A stretch of 62,291 nt of DNA, counting the filler. It is 4 parts of 4 records of this genome, joined end to end, with 100 filler letters (N's around TTAATTAATTAA, not from the genome) between each part and the next. Parts side by side here need not be neighbours in the genome. Positions count along the whole stretch, not along the records: positions 38,278 to 53,398 come from SRR31156797_4742; 3 more parts are not named here. One strand, written 5' to 3'. The translations under genes were made by a program, and so were the position numbers. Below are positions 41,158-50,632 of this stretch, one piece after another. Numbering within the stretch: position 1 is the stretch's first letter; each line of letters begins with the position of its first letter. Below the pieces are notes generated by a model. The model saw nothing but the letters and a program-made list of their open reading frames with translations, made no database searches and was not told where the DNA came from.

Positions 41158-43746
41158 TTATTTATTTTCTTTTTCTATGCTAATTTTATCAATTATTGCT
41201 ATTAAACTAACTAAAAAGAAAATAGTTACAACATATGCTCCACCGACACCTAAAAATAACAATTTACCAAAATTAACAAAACCTCTGTATTGTGCGAGAA
41301 CAAGAGTTCCAAATGCAGCGATAGTTGTTAAAGTTGTCAGTGTAATAGCTCTACCTGTACTAGACAAAGCTGTCAGTAGATTTCTTTCTCTAAGATATCT
41401 ATGTATAATATGCACACCGTCATCGACTCCTATACCTATTATTAGAGGTAAACCAATTACATTTACTACATCTAGCTTCATTCCAAATGTAGCCATAATC
41501 CCTAAGGTTAAAATAACTGTTAATATCATAGGTAATACCGCAAGTGTGGCATATTTGAAACTTCTGAGATCAATTAATAAAATTATATAGATTGCAAAAA
41601 TGGTTAAGGTAATAACTTTTTTACCTTCTCTAATTTCAGCTTCTACAACTTTTAAGAATATAATTGAACTACCTGTAATCTCATTACTAAGTGTTTCTAA
41701 TTCCTGCATATGAATCTTTTGGAAATTACTCTCCCATAAATCACCTTTTGGCAGAAGTATAGTTAAAAACTTATTATCTTTACCTATATAATTATTTTTA
41801 ACTTGTTCCGGTAATGCTTCAAGTCCATATGTAGTTAGTTCAGTTTTAGAGATCAATTTTTTTAATGCTGATACAAACGAGAATTGTGATTTAGCAATAT
41901 TATTTTCAAAATCATATATGTTATCAGCGAAATCTGGAATGATTCCGGAATCGATTATCTCATCACATCTTTTTTGAAGATCAAGCTCTCCACCCATATA
42001 ACCTAAATCAGCTAGCTCGATAAGATTGGCTTCAAGTCGATATAATTCTTCGGATAGTAAATCCAGATAAGTATCATCTGATACAGGGATATCAGTTTCA
42101 GCTACGATTTCTTTAATTAATTCTAGTCTTTTAATTTGTTTTTCTTCTGATGGAAGATACTGTGCAATTGAAGAAATCTCACCTACAGTTCTAAGCTTGT
42201 CAGCTTTATCATATAATAATTGACTTTCACTTAATGAATCAGAAACTAATAAACTATTATCAGAACTAAAATCAAATTTATCGATAATACTTCTATTAAG
42301 CTCAACACTTGCTAAACCTTCAGGTTCTATCTTCATCATGTCTGTTTCAAATTCAATCTGTTTTGCCTTAAATCCAAAGAATGTAAAAATGATCAATCCG
42401 CATACAAACATGATCTTTTTGTATTTAATTATTGGAGCTTCTAATTTACTAAATATTTTACCCTGAAATTTTTTCTTCTTAATTTCTTTTTTACCAAATA
42501 ATATTAAAAGAGCCGGAAGAACAAATATAGCTGAAATTAACGCACAAATTATTCCAAGTCCAAGAACAATACCAAACTCACTGAAACCGGGAAAATCACT
42601 AAAGCTAAACATAAAGAAACCAACTGCAGTTGTAATAGAACCGGCAAGAACTCCTTTTATAACTTTTCTAAATAATTGAATAACTGCTTCTTTAGCATCT
42701 GCTCCTTTTGCTCTCTCCTCCAGGAAATATGAAATTATATGAATGGAATAATCTATTCCTAATCCAATTAATATAGCTCCCATCATAGCAGTAATCATAT
42801 TAAGAGAACCAATTATAATATATGTCAATCCCATTGACCAAATAACACCGCAAACTAAAGGAACTAACACCAATAAAGAGTATCTAAGCAATCTAAAAGC
42901 AGTTATAAATAGTATAAAAATTAATACCATAGATAAAGAACTGGTTAATGTTGCATCTTTCTCTGACACTACCATTTCATCTCTTGCAATTACATGAGTA
43001 CCTGTTAGCGACACATTGACATCATAATTTTCAGCCTTTTCTTTTAGAAAATTCTCAATCTCATTTACTGAGTTGATAACTCCGGGCATATCATCAATAC
43101 TGACAGTGGATTTAATAGTAAAAATCCCCAATGTTTTATCCCCTGCTATGAAGTATCTGTTTCCATATAGAAATCTTTCAGCATCAGCTTGCGCTAAATT
43201 ACCCGTTTTTATTTTTTCAATGGATTCTTCTAAAAGATTAAGAAAATAAATAATAGATGTTTTATCTTTATCAATTTTCTCTGTATCACCACTTGAGGTA
43301 TATGTTTTTTCAAAGTTTTCATTAACACCTTCAAAAAACTCTTTGAGGTTATTAGCTCTCATACTTAACTCTAAATTTTCCAGATCATCTTTTTCAAATA
43401 GAAAAAGTCCATGTTTAGTTAAAAATTCTTTTTCATATTGATATTCAACAGATTTGATATTATCAAGTTTTTTAAGCTCTTTTGCATTATCACCGATGAA
43501 TGCCTCAATATTAGCTTTTTCTCCCTCTACACCAACGATAATGTTGTCTAGACTATCAAAATTATTCCTTGCTTGCTTGTATGCAATTACAGCTGGTTCT
43601 GTCTTTGGAAGTATATCCATAAATTGCATGTTCAAAGTTAGCTTTGAGAGAAAGAACATCATTACAATAGTAAAAACTGTACTAATTACTATTATGCTCT
43701 TGTACTTTTTTGTTATAAATATTCCTGTCTTTTCTAAAAGATCCAT
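41158..43746 (-). CDS. MMPL/RND family transporter
   Basis: Two TM bundles with GLGIDYSIH and GIGVDDGVH motifs; AGGAGG RBS. Confidence 0.92.
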   Translation of the reverse strand: MDLLEKTGIFITKKYKSIIVISTVFTIVMMFFLSKLTLNMQFMDILPKTEPAVIAYKQARNNFDSLDNIIVGVEGEKANIEAFIGDNAKELKKLDNIKSVEYQYEKEFLTKHGLFLFEKDDLENLELSMRANNLKEFFEGVNENFEKTYTSSGDTEKIDKDKTSIIYFLNLLEESIEKIKTGNLAQADAERFLYGNRYFIAGDKTLGIFTIKSTVSIDDMPGVINSVNEIENFLKEKAENYDVNVSLTGTHVIARDEMVVSEKDATLTSSLSMVLIFILFITAFRLLRYSLLVLVPLVCGVIWSMGLTYIIIGSLNMITAMMGAILIGLGIDYSIHIISYFLEERAKGADAKEAVIQLFRKVIKGVLAGSITTAVGFFMFSFSDFPGFSEFGIVLGLGIICALISAIFVLPALLILFGKKEIKKKKFQGKIFSKLEAPIIKYKKIMFVCGLIIFTFFGFKAKQIEFETDMMKIEPEGLASVELNRSIIDKFDFSSDNSLLVSDSLSESQLLYDKADKLRTVGEISSIAQYLPSEEKQIKRLELIKEIVAETDIPVSDDTYLDLLSEELYRLEANLIELADLGYMGGELDLQKRCDEIIDSGIIPDFADNIYDFENNIAKSQFSFVSALKKLISKTELTTYGLEALPEQVKNNYIGKDNKFLTILLPKGDLWESNFQKIHMQELETLSNEITGSSIIFLKVVEAEIREGKKVITLTIFAIYIILLIDLRSFKYATLAVLPMILTVILTLGIMATFGMKLDVVNVIGLPLIIGIGVDDGVHIIHRYLRERNLLTALSSTGRAITLTTLTTIAAFGTLVLAQYRGFVNFGKLLFLGVGGAYVVTIFFLVSLIAIIDKISIEKENK

Positions 43747-43769
43747 ATTAAACGCCTCCTCATATCAAC

Positions 43770-43823
43770 CCGACCAGTCGGTCTTTTCAAGATAATTATA
43801 TTACATTTAAATGAATTTGTAAA
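43770..43823 (-). promoter_or_regulatory. Sigma70-type promoter and palindromic operator for the MMPL gene
   Basis: TTTACA-17-TATAAT on minus strand (43823-43795) and CCGAC-N2-GTCGG at 43770-43781. Confidence 0.6.
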
Positions 43824-43850
43824 CACTTATAAAATAAAAAAACTATAAAT

Positions 43851-43880
43851 AAAAAAAAGTCCTTGAATTTCAAGGACTTT
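43851..43880. terminator. Intrinsic terminator after pfk
   Basis: AAAAGTCCTTGA/TCAAGGACTTTT. Confidence 0.8.
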
Positions 43881-43906
43881 AGTTAATATAAATTTTAAAA
43901 TAGTTT

Positions 43907-44971
43907 TTATTCGTCTGCGAAAGAAATACCAGTTTGTTTAGCTGATTGAACAGCTAAATGATCTTTTGGAACATATTTAGTTTTTCCTGCAACTTCTTCT
44001 AAAGGTACAGCTATTACTTCTAATCCTTTAGCTGCAATTAATTTGTTATATTCACCTTTATAAAGTAATTCAGCCGCTTTTGCACCAAATTGAGTAGCAA
44101 GAACTCTATCATATCCGGTAGGCCCTCCTCCTCTTTGAAGATATCCAAGAACAGATACTCTTGATTCATAATCAGAGATAGCATTTAATTCTTTAGATAC
44201 TCTGTATGCAGCACTTGTAGCTTCTTTTCTTCTTTTTTTCTTAAGTTCTTTTTTAGTTAACTCAGCCTCTAAAACAGATTTAGCACCTTCTGCTACTACG
44301 ATTACACAGAATTTTGAGTTAGAGTTTTCCATTCTTTGATCAACATGTGCTTTTAACTTGTCGATATCATAAGGGATTTCAGGAAGAATGATTGCATCTG
44401 CCCCACCTGCGATACCAGCGTAAAGTGCTAACCAACCAGCGGCATTTCCCATAATTTCAGCTAAAATAACTCTCTTATGTGAAGCAGCAGTTGTATGAAG
44501 TCTATCCACAGCATCAGTACAGAATTCTAATGCTGTATGGAATCCAAATGTAATATCAGTACCATAGATATCATTATCGATTGTTTTAGGAAGTCCTATA
44601 ACGTTTAAACCTCTTTCAGTTAACCAATAACCTCTTTTATTAGTACCTCCACCACCTAAAACTACTAAACAGTCAAGATTCCAATCATTATAGTTTTTAA
44701 TCATTTTTTGAACTTTTTCCTCGTCTTTAAAAGGTCTCTCTCTAGAGTTTCCTAAAAATGATCCACCTTTGTGAAGTATTCCTGAGAAATCAGATCTTTC
44801 CATTAGTCTGGCATTGTTTTCAACTAAACCTTTGTAACCATCAAAAAAACCAACAATTTCAATTCCATAATTGTCTTGAGCAGCTTTAGCTAATCCTCGT
44901 AGTGCTGCGTTTAATCCTGGTGCGTCTCCACCCGCTGTTAATACTCCAATTCTTTTTGTTACTGAACTCAT
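43907..44971 (-). CDS. pfkA: PfkA-family 6-phosphofructokinase
   Basis: GGDAPG, PKTIDND, EIMG, LGYLQRGG; start chosen after GAGGTG RBS. Confidence 0.92.
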   Translation of the reverse strand: MSSVTKRIGVLTAGGDAPGLNAALRGLAKAAQDNYGIEIVGFFDGYKGLVENNARLMERSDFSGILHKGGSFLGNSRERPFKDEEKVQKMIKNYNDWNLDCLVVLGGGGTNKRGYWLTERGLNVIGLPKTIDNDIYGTDITFGFHTALEFCTDAVDRLHTTAASHKRVILAEIMGNAAGWLALYAGIAGGADAIILPEIPYDIDKLKAHVDQRMENSNSKFCVIVVAEGAKSVLEAELTKKELKKKRRKEATSAAYRVSKELNAISDYESRVSVLGYLQRGGGPTGYDRVLATQFGAKAAELLYKGEYNKLIAAKGLEVIAVPLEEVAGKTKYVPKDHLAVQSAKQTGISFADE

Positions 44972-45174
44972 ATACATATCACCTCTCATTTTGTTATAAA
45001 AATAATAAAAAATCATGTTTATATATAAAATGTCTTCGTTATAAATACCCTAATAAATTATAGCACAAAAATAAGCTTGAATAAAATTATTTTACATAAT
45101 AAATTATAGTACTGCGTAATAATGCTAGTTTTTTATGATATAATTAGATAATTAAATTAAAGTTGAGGTATAAA

Positions 45175-45921
45175 ATGAAAGCAAATATTTCGGAAACTGA
45201 CTTATCAAAACCAATTAAGAAACATTTTGAAAAAGAGGGTTATATTGTTCGAAGTGAAGTTAAAAATTGTGATATAACAGCAGTTAAAGATGATAAATTA
45301 GTTGTGGTTGAACTGAAAAAAAGATTAAGTGTTGATCTATTGATTCAAGGTGTTGAAAGACAGAGGGTCTCGGATATGGTTTATGTAGCTGTTCCAAAAC
45401 CCAAAAAAACTTTGCAACAACATAGAAAGTTAACAGCATTAATGAAAAGGTTGGAACTGGGACTTATATTTGTTAATTTTCAAAAAGGAAAAAAACGTGT
45501 TGAGATTGTAGTTGAACCGGGACAATATCAATTTTATAGAAATAATAGAAAAAGAAACATAATTGTCAAAGAGATTAAAAATCGAACAGGTGATTATAAT
45601 GAAGGTGGAAGTACAAGAAAAAAAATCGTAACTGCTTATCGAGAACAATCTCTTCATATTGCTTGTGTTCTAAATGAGTTTGGGGAAATGTCGCCTAAAA
45701 ATGTTAAAAACTATGGAACTATAGAGAAAACAGGAAGTGTTCTATATACTAATTTCTATGGTTGGTATAAAAGGAAAAGCAGAGGGATTTATGAACTGAG
45801 TAATAGTGGAAAAAAAGCAATTGAAACTTATGCCAATGTATGTAAACATTATCTGGAGATAATAGAACAAGAGAAAGAAAAGCTGGCTAATTCAGTAGAA
45901 CAAGAGAAAGAATCAGAATAA
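45175..45921 (+). CDS. DUF2161-like putative PD-(D/E)XK protein
   Basis: ETDL, EVKNCD, VELK, TAYRE, NFYGWY pattern. Confidence 0.8.
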   Translation: MKANISETDLSKPIKKHFEKEGYIVRSEVKNCDITAVKDDKLVVVELKKRLSVDLLIQGVERQRVSDMVYVAVPKPKKTLQQHRKLTALMKRLELGLIFVNFQKGKKRVEIVVEPGQYQFYRNNRKRNIIVKEIKNRTGDYNEGGSTRKKIVTAYREQSLHIACVLNEFGEMSPKNVKNYGTIEKTGSVLYTNFYGWYKRKSRGIYELSNSGKKAIETYANVCKHYLEIIEQEKEKLANSVEQEKESE

Positions 45922-45987
45922 ATTAATTAGTATTATTTTTATTGATATGGTATAATTGCTAAAATTTGTATTATAGGAGGTATATAA

Positions 45988-47100
45988 TTGAAACCAAATA
46001 GAAAACCGGAAAACCCAAATTTCTCATCAGGGCCTTGTTCAAAATTTAAAGGTTATGATGTTAGTTTGTTGAAAGATACTCCTTTTGGGAGATCGCATAG
46101 AAGTCCTTTAGGAAAAGGCAAATTAGAGGAAGCAATTGAAAAAAGTAAAGAGCTATTAAAATTACCAGCTGATTATAGAATAGGAATAGTGCCTGCCTCT
46201 GATACAGGTGCATTTGAAATGGCTATGTGGAGTATGCTGGGGCCTAAGGGTGTAGATGTTGTATGTTTCGAAGCCTTTGGTAAAGGTTGGGCAAATGACA
46301 TAACAAAAGAGCTGAAATTAGATGATGTAAGAGTATTTGACGCTGAATTTGGAAAATTACCAGAATTAGATAAAGTAGATAGTAATAGAGATATTGTATT
46401 TACATGGAATGGAACTACAAGTGGAGTAAAAGTACCTAATGGTGACTGGATAGCTAATGATAGGGAGGGTTTAACTTTCTGTGATGCAACATCTGCAGTA
46501 TTTGCTATGGAGATACCATGGGATAAAATTGATGTGTGTACATACTCATGGCAAAAAGTACTAGGTGGAGAGGGAGCGCATGGAATGCTTATCCTATCAC
46601 CTAGAGCAGTTGAAAGAATTGAATCTTATGATCCGACTTGGCCAATGCCAAAGATATTTAGAATGAAAAAAGGAAATAAACTTAACGAAGGAATTTTTAA
46701 AGGATCAACTATAAATACTCCGTCAATGTTAAGTAACGAAGATTATTTAGTTGCACTTAATTGGGCTGAGAAGCTTGGTGGATTAGATGCTATGATCAAA
46801 AAGAGTGAATCTAATTTAGCAACTGTTGAAAAATTCGTTGAGGCAAATGATTGGATTGATTTTTTAGCTGAATCAAAAGAAACGAGATCTAATTCAAGTA
46901 TTTGTTTAAAATTAGACTTAAGTAATGATAAAATTGATGAATTAGTTAAACTATTAAAAACAGAAGATGTTGCATATGACATAGCCTCGTATCGTGATGC
47001 TCCTAAAGGAATAAGAATTTGGGGTGGAGCAACTGTTGAAGCAGATGATATAGAGCTAATGCTTGAATGGTTATCTTGGGCATACGAAGAATTAAAATAA
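45988..47100 (+). CDS. serC: Phosphoserine aminotransferase (Methanosarcina/alphaproteobacterial type)
   Basis: FSSGPC, GRSHRS, DATSA, SWQK, TINTPSM, YRDAP; TTG start after GGAGG. Confidence 0.94.
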   Translation: MKPNRKPENPNFSSGPCSKFKGYDVSLLKDTPFGRSHRSPLGKGKLEEAIEKSKELLKLPADYRIGIVPASDTGAFEMAMWSMLGPKGVDVVCFEAFGKGWANDITKELKLDDVRVFDAEFGKLPELDKVDSNRDIVFTWNGTTSGVKVPNGDWIANDREGLTFCDATSAVFAMEIPWDKIDVCTYSWQKVLGGEGAHGMLILSPRAVERIESYDPTWPMPKIFRMKKGNKLNEGIFKGSTINTPSMLSNEDYLVALNWAEKLGGLDAMIKKSESNLATVEKFVEANDWIDFLAESKETRSNSSICLKLDLSNDKIDELVKLLKTEDVAYDIASYRDAPKGIRIWGGATVEADDIELMLEWLSWAYEELK

Positions 47101-47108
47101 ATATTTAT

Positions 47109-47141
47109 AAACAGACTGGATTACGTTTCAGTCTGTTTTTT
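47109..47141 (+). terminator. Intrinsic terminator
   Basis: AAACAGACTG/CAGTCTGTTT plus U-tract. Confidence 0.85.
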
Positions 47142-47313
47142 ATTTATAAGATATTAAATTATATAATTTTGAAGAATTCCGACTTATTTTGATTTCTATT
47201 ATTTTAGAAGTGTTTTTATAATTCACTTGTATATACAAAAATATGCGTTTCATGTAAAAATGAGGTATAATTTAATAGAGACAAAAAATTATTAGCTTAA
47301 GGAGTGGGGAGAG

Positions 47314-48024
47314 ATGTTTAAGCTAAATTTTAGAGTATATGGAATTTTAAATGATTATTTACCTTTTGATATGAGGTACAGGTTTAGTAAATTAAATGTA
47401 ATCGAGGACTCTTCTGTTTCTAATTTACTATCTTTTCATGGGATTCCAAAAAAGAATATTAATCTAATAACTGTTAACGATGAACCTGTTGCTGAGAGTT
47501 ATAAAATATCTCCAGGTGATATTGTTTCTATTTATCCAAAATTCAAAAATATAGATAAAGATGTTTTATTAATAAAGTTAAGAGAGAAAAAAAAGGTTGC
47601 CAAATTTTTAATTCCAATTGAATTAAAAGATTTAGCATATTTTTTAGCTCGTTTTGGATTCGATATTAAATTTACTTCGATTTCAGAACTTGAAAATAAT
47701 TTTAATTCAAATTTATTAATAGAAAGAGTAGTTGTATTATTAAAAGGAATGAAAAAGAAATTTAATAAAATAGCTTGTAATGAAGAGATCTATTATATGG
47801 AAAGTACAGAACTTTCAAATCAGGTTAAAGAGATATTGCATAAGTTCGTACCTGATGAGTCAAATAAAATATTTGGGCACTGTGTTAAATGTGAGAAAAA
47901 ATTTGAAGAGAATGAACGTAGGAATAGAGTATTTAACTTAATTAACAGATCCAAAACCGAGGGGAAATGCTTAAAATGTAGAAGGCGCCTAAACACCAAT
48001 TCAAACGTGAACTTTTTGAACTAG
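47314..48024 (+). CDS. Ubiquitin-like domain plus degenerate Mut7-C/zinc-ribbon protein
   Basis: N-terminal LND.LP...GIP...VN...GD.VSIYP; LAYFLARFGFD; CxxC...CxxC. Confidence 0.7.
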   Translation: MFKLNFRVYGILNDYLPFDMRYRFSKLNVIEDSSVSNLLSFHGIPKKNINLITVNDEPVAESYKISPGDIVSIYPKFKNIDKDVLLIKLREKKKVAKFLIPIELKDLAYFLARFGFDIKFTSISELENNFNSNLLIERVVVLLKGMKKKFNKIACNEEIYYMESTELSNQVKEILHKFVPDESNKIFGHCVKCEKKFEENERRNRVFNLINRSKTEGKCLKCRRRLNTNSNVNFLN

Positions 48025-48048
48025 GCTTAAGCGCAAGTATTATGAGTA

Positions 48049-48495
48049 TTAAGCTCTAAATAGAGCTAAGCGACTTTTACTAACACATGCATTCCAAGAA
48101 TGTGGAATAGTAATATCAATATCAATAAAACTTCTAACAATCTCACTAAGAGATTGTTTTTCTTTTTTGAGATGATTAAGAATAAGAATAACATGTGCAT
48201 CATCAAGCTCCTCTCTTTTATGGATAAGCTGAAGAAGTTTGATTTCATATTTTTTAAGGAAATAAGAGATATCCCCTCTTTCAAAGTAATCAACAACATC
48301 AAATTTATCATTTTCTGTTGCACAAATTGTTTTATATAACTCTTTTCTCTTTAAAGCAATGCTGTAGAGAATATTTAAGACGCTATTGTCTAATTGAGTA
48401 TTTAGTATATGTGAATAGTTTTCTGAATTTCTAAATTCTGTTAATCTACTGTACATGGAAAATATTTTCATACTCTTATCAAAAAGTTTTTTCAT
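48049..48495 (-). CDS. Hypothetical helical protein
   Basis: 148-aa ORF with AGGAGG RBS; no family recognised. Confidence 0.75.
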   Translation of the reverse strand: MKKLFDKSMKIFSMYSRLTEFRNSENYSHILNTQLDNSVLNILYSIALKRKELYKTICATENDKFDVVDYFERGDISYFLKKYEIKLLQLIHKREELDDAHVILILNHLKKEKQSLSEIVRSFIDIDITIPHSWNACVSKSRLALFRA

Positions 48496-48665
48496 GATGT
48501 ACCTCCTAATGATGGTAAGACTTTAATCAAGCATACTAAATAAAACTTTCAGCTTACAAAAAATAAAAGTAAAGCTGAGTTTTTAAAAGTTATAGTTTAT
48601 AACATGATTTAGTTTGCTTGATTAATATATGAGATGATGTTTCCGTAAAAAAAAGAACGATCAGA

Positions 48666-48884
48666 TTAAATTAATTGATCTAAACGAATATCTAAAGCTT
48701 CAGTGATTGCCACAAAACAATCAAAGTTTAAGCTCTGATCCTGACTTTGTTTTTCCATTTTATATAAAGTTGATTTTAAAGCTTTTGGGGTGTAATTTAT
48801 TGTACGTGCAAGCTCAGTTAGTGATATATTTCTTTCATTTGCGATATCGATAATTTTTTTAGCTAATAAAACTTGATTTAACAT
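48666..48884 (-). CDS. Small Cro/XRE-like HTH protein
   Basis: ERNISLTELARTIN...ITEALDI..DQL pattern; AAGGGTG RBS; divergent from CI-like gene. Confidence 0.7.
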   Translation of the reverse strand: MLNQVLLAKKIIDIANERNISLTELARTINYTPKALKSTLYKMEKQSQDQSLNFDCFVAITEALDIRLDQLI

Positions 48885-49129
48885 TTAAATCACCCTTTCC
48901 GTTTTTTTTCGAACTTCTTGATATAAGTGTATATCAAAATAAGAAAAAATGCAAGAATTATTTCCGAAAAAAAAAAGATTTTTTTTGAAATATTCGGAAA
49001 AAAGTAGTATAATAGTCTTGAAAGAAAGATAAATAAGGGAAAACTCAAATGTTGTATATGTTGAATTTAGTGTTATTGTTTTGCATTTTAATGCTATTAT
49101 ATGAATATAAATTGAATTAAGGAGGAAAA

Positions 49130-49855
49130 ATGGAAAGGTACGGAGATTTTTTCAAAGAACTTAGAACTAAACGTGATTTAACATTAATGGAATTATCGAA
49201 AAATTCCGGTGTATCAAAATCATATCTGCATGATATAGAGAATGAAAAAATTATACCCTCTGATAAAATAGTAAAGAAGCTTTTGGAATATTATAAACTT
49301 AGCTCAGATGAAGAGGATAATTTACGAAGAATACTTGCTTTTGCAAAAACTCCTGATATAGTAAAACAGGAGTTAGCTAAAGTACGAGGAAAATTAGATG
49401 TAATGGCCAATCAGATCAAAAAATTTGAACGTTATCAAAGTATAGAGAGTAATGTTGATTTTGTTGCAAATGATGAATATACTGAATTACCTGTTTACTC
49501 ATATGCAAGAGCAGGTTTTACTGATTTTGGTAACTATCCTGAACCGCAAGAATATATGAATATTCCATTACCAAGTGTTAAAGGTGATGTAGTGGGTATA
49601 GAAGTAAGAGGGGATAGTATGGAACCTAAATTTCATCAGGGAGATATTTTGATTGTAAAAATAGGTATTATGCCTCAAAATCGTGATATAGGGGTATTTA
49701 TCGTTGATAATACAACTGTAGTAAAAGTATATAATAAGGATAAAAGTGGAAGAATTATTTTAACAAGTCTAAATATTGAGCATGAGCCGATAATTGTAGA
49801 TGCGGAAACTGAGTTTCATATTGTAGGAAAATTCTGGAAAGCTATAGTTAGTTAG
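49130..49855 (+). CDS. XRE HTH + S24 peptidase repressor (CI/LexA-like)
   Basis: HTH SKSYLHDIE, cleavage site RAG, catalytic GDSMEP and VVK; AGGAGG RBS. Confidence 0.93.
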   Translation: MERYGDFFKELRTKRDLTLMELSKNSGVSKSYLHDIENEKIIPSDKIVKKLLEYYKLSSDEEDNLRRILAFAKTPDIVKQELAKVRGKLDVMANQIKKFERYQSIESNVDFVANDEYTELPVYSYARAGFTDFGNYPEPQEYMNIPLPSVKGDVVGIEVRGDSMEPKFHQGDILIVKIGIMPQNRDIGVFIVDNTTVVKVYNKDKSGRIILTSLNIEHEPIIVDAETEFHIVGKFWKAIVS

Positions 49856-49859
49856 TATA

Positions 49860-49922
49860 TAAATCAAAAACCATAAAAACTCTTCGATATAAAGTCGAAG
49901 AGTTTTTATGGTTTTTGATTTA
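49860..49922. terminator. Perfect 28-bp inverted repeat, probable bidirectional terminator
   Basis: 49860-49887 is the exact reverse complement of 49895-49922. Confidence 0.8.
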
Positions 49923-50256
49923 AAGCTTTGAGATGACTTGATTCAAAAAAGGAAAAAAGAAGAAAGGAAACTTTCTTCTTTTTAATAGAGTGTATGTATG
50001 TGTCAATATATTAAAAGGATAATAGTAAATTGTTTGGAGACTGTCTCTACTATCCATATATTGTTTTTTTAGAGTGACGCAAGGTAATTGAGAAGAGAGA
50101 TAATGCGCCACTCACTTTGTATAACCAAAAGGTTATACAGAGGTTTGTATAGTATACGAAAAATTTGTATTAATTTAAGTATTTCTTTGTCTAAATTTAC
50201 TTCAATAATCTCGATACATTTTAAGTAGTTTAATATTTGCTCAGAATTTAACCAAA

Positions 50257-50307
50257 TTACTTTTTAGTTGTTTTGTTTCTTTTCCATAAGAATCTTTTTC
50301 TGCTCAT
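50257..50307 (-). CDS. Small basic peptide, 16 aa
   Basis: MSRKRFLWKRNKTTKK; AGGAGG 7 nt upstream; consensus promoter upstream. Confidence 0.55.
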   Translation of the reverse strand: MSRKRFLWKRNKTTKK

Positions 50308-50370
50308 TTTTTAACCTCCTCATATGTTAATTGTCGATTAACTACTTGAACAGTGATTTAACTTTGGTAA

Positions 50371-50399
50371 ATTATACTGTATAAGAATTAATCTGTCAA
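50371..50399 (-). promoter_or_regulatory. Consensus sigma70 promoter
   Basis: TTGACA-17-TATAAT on minus strand. Confidence 0.8.
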
Positions 50400-50533
50400 G
50401 AACTTTTTTTGATACAATAAAACATTTTTAACTTAAACCAAACATTGTGTTCAAATTAGTATAAAACTACTAGTACAGTAATGTGAAACATAATTTAATA
50501 TTTCTACAATAATTTGCTAATAAAATTCTAGTT

Positions 50534-50632
50534 CTATTTTGAGTAGTTTTGCGAAGTTATCAGTGAAAAAGAATCTTTTTTAGATTGCCAAAATGGTTTT
50601 TCTTTACGCCATAAAACAGTTTCTCTATTCAT
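50534..50632 (-). CDS. Small basic peptide, 32 aa
   Basis: MNRETVLWRKEKPFWQSKKDSFSLITSQNYSK; GGAG 8 nt upstream; TTGATT-17-TATAAT at 50702-50674. Confidence 0.5.
   Translation of the reverse strand: MNRETVLWRKEKPFWQSKKDSFSLITSQNYSK

Noticed and set aside
49920-50111. 63-aa minus-strand ORF over the hairpin region
   Set aside because: No RBS, and its low-complexity Phe run comes from the hairpin arms
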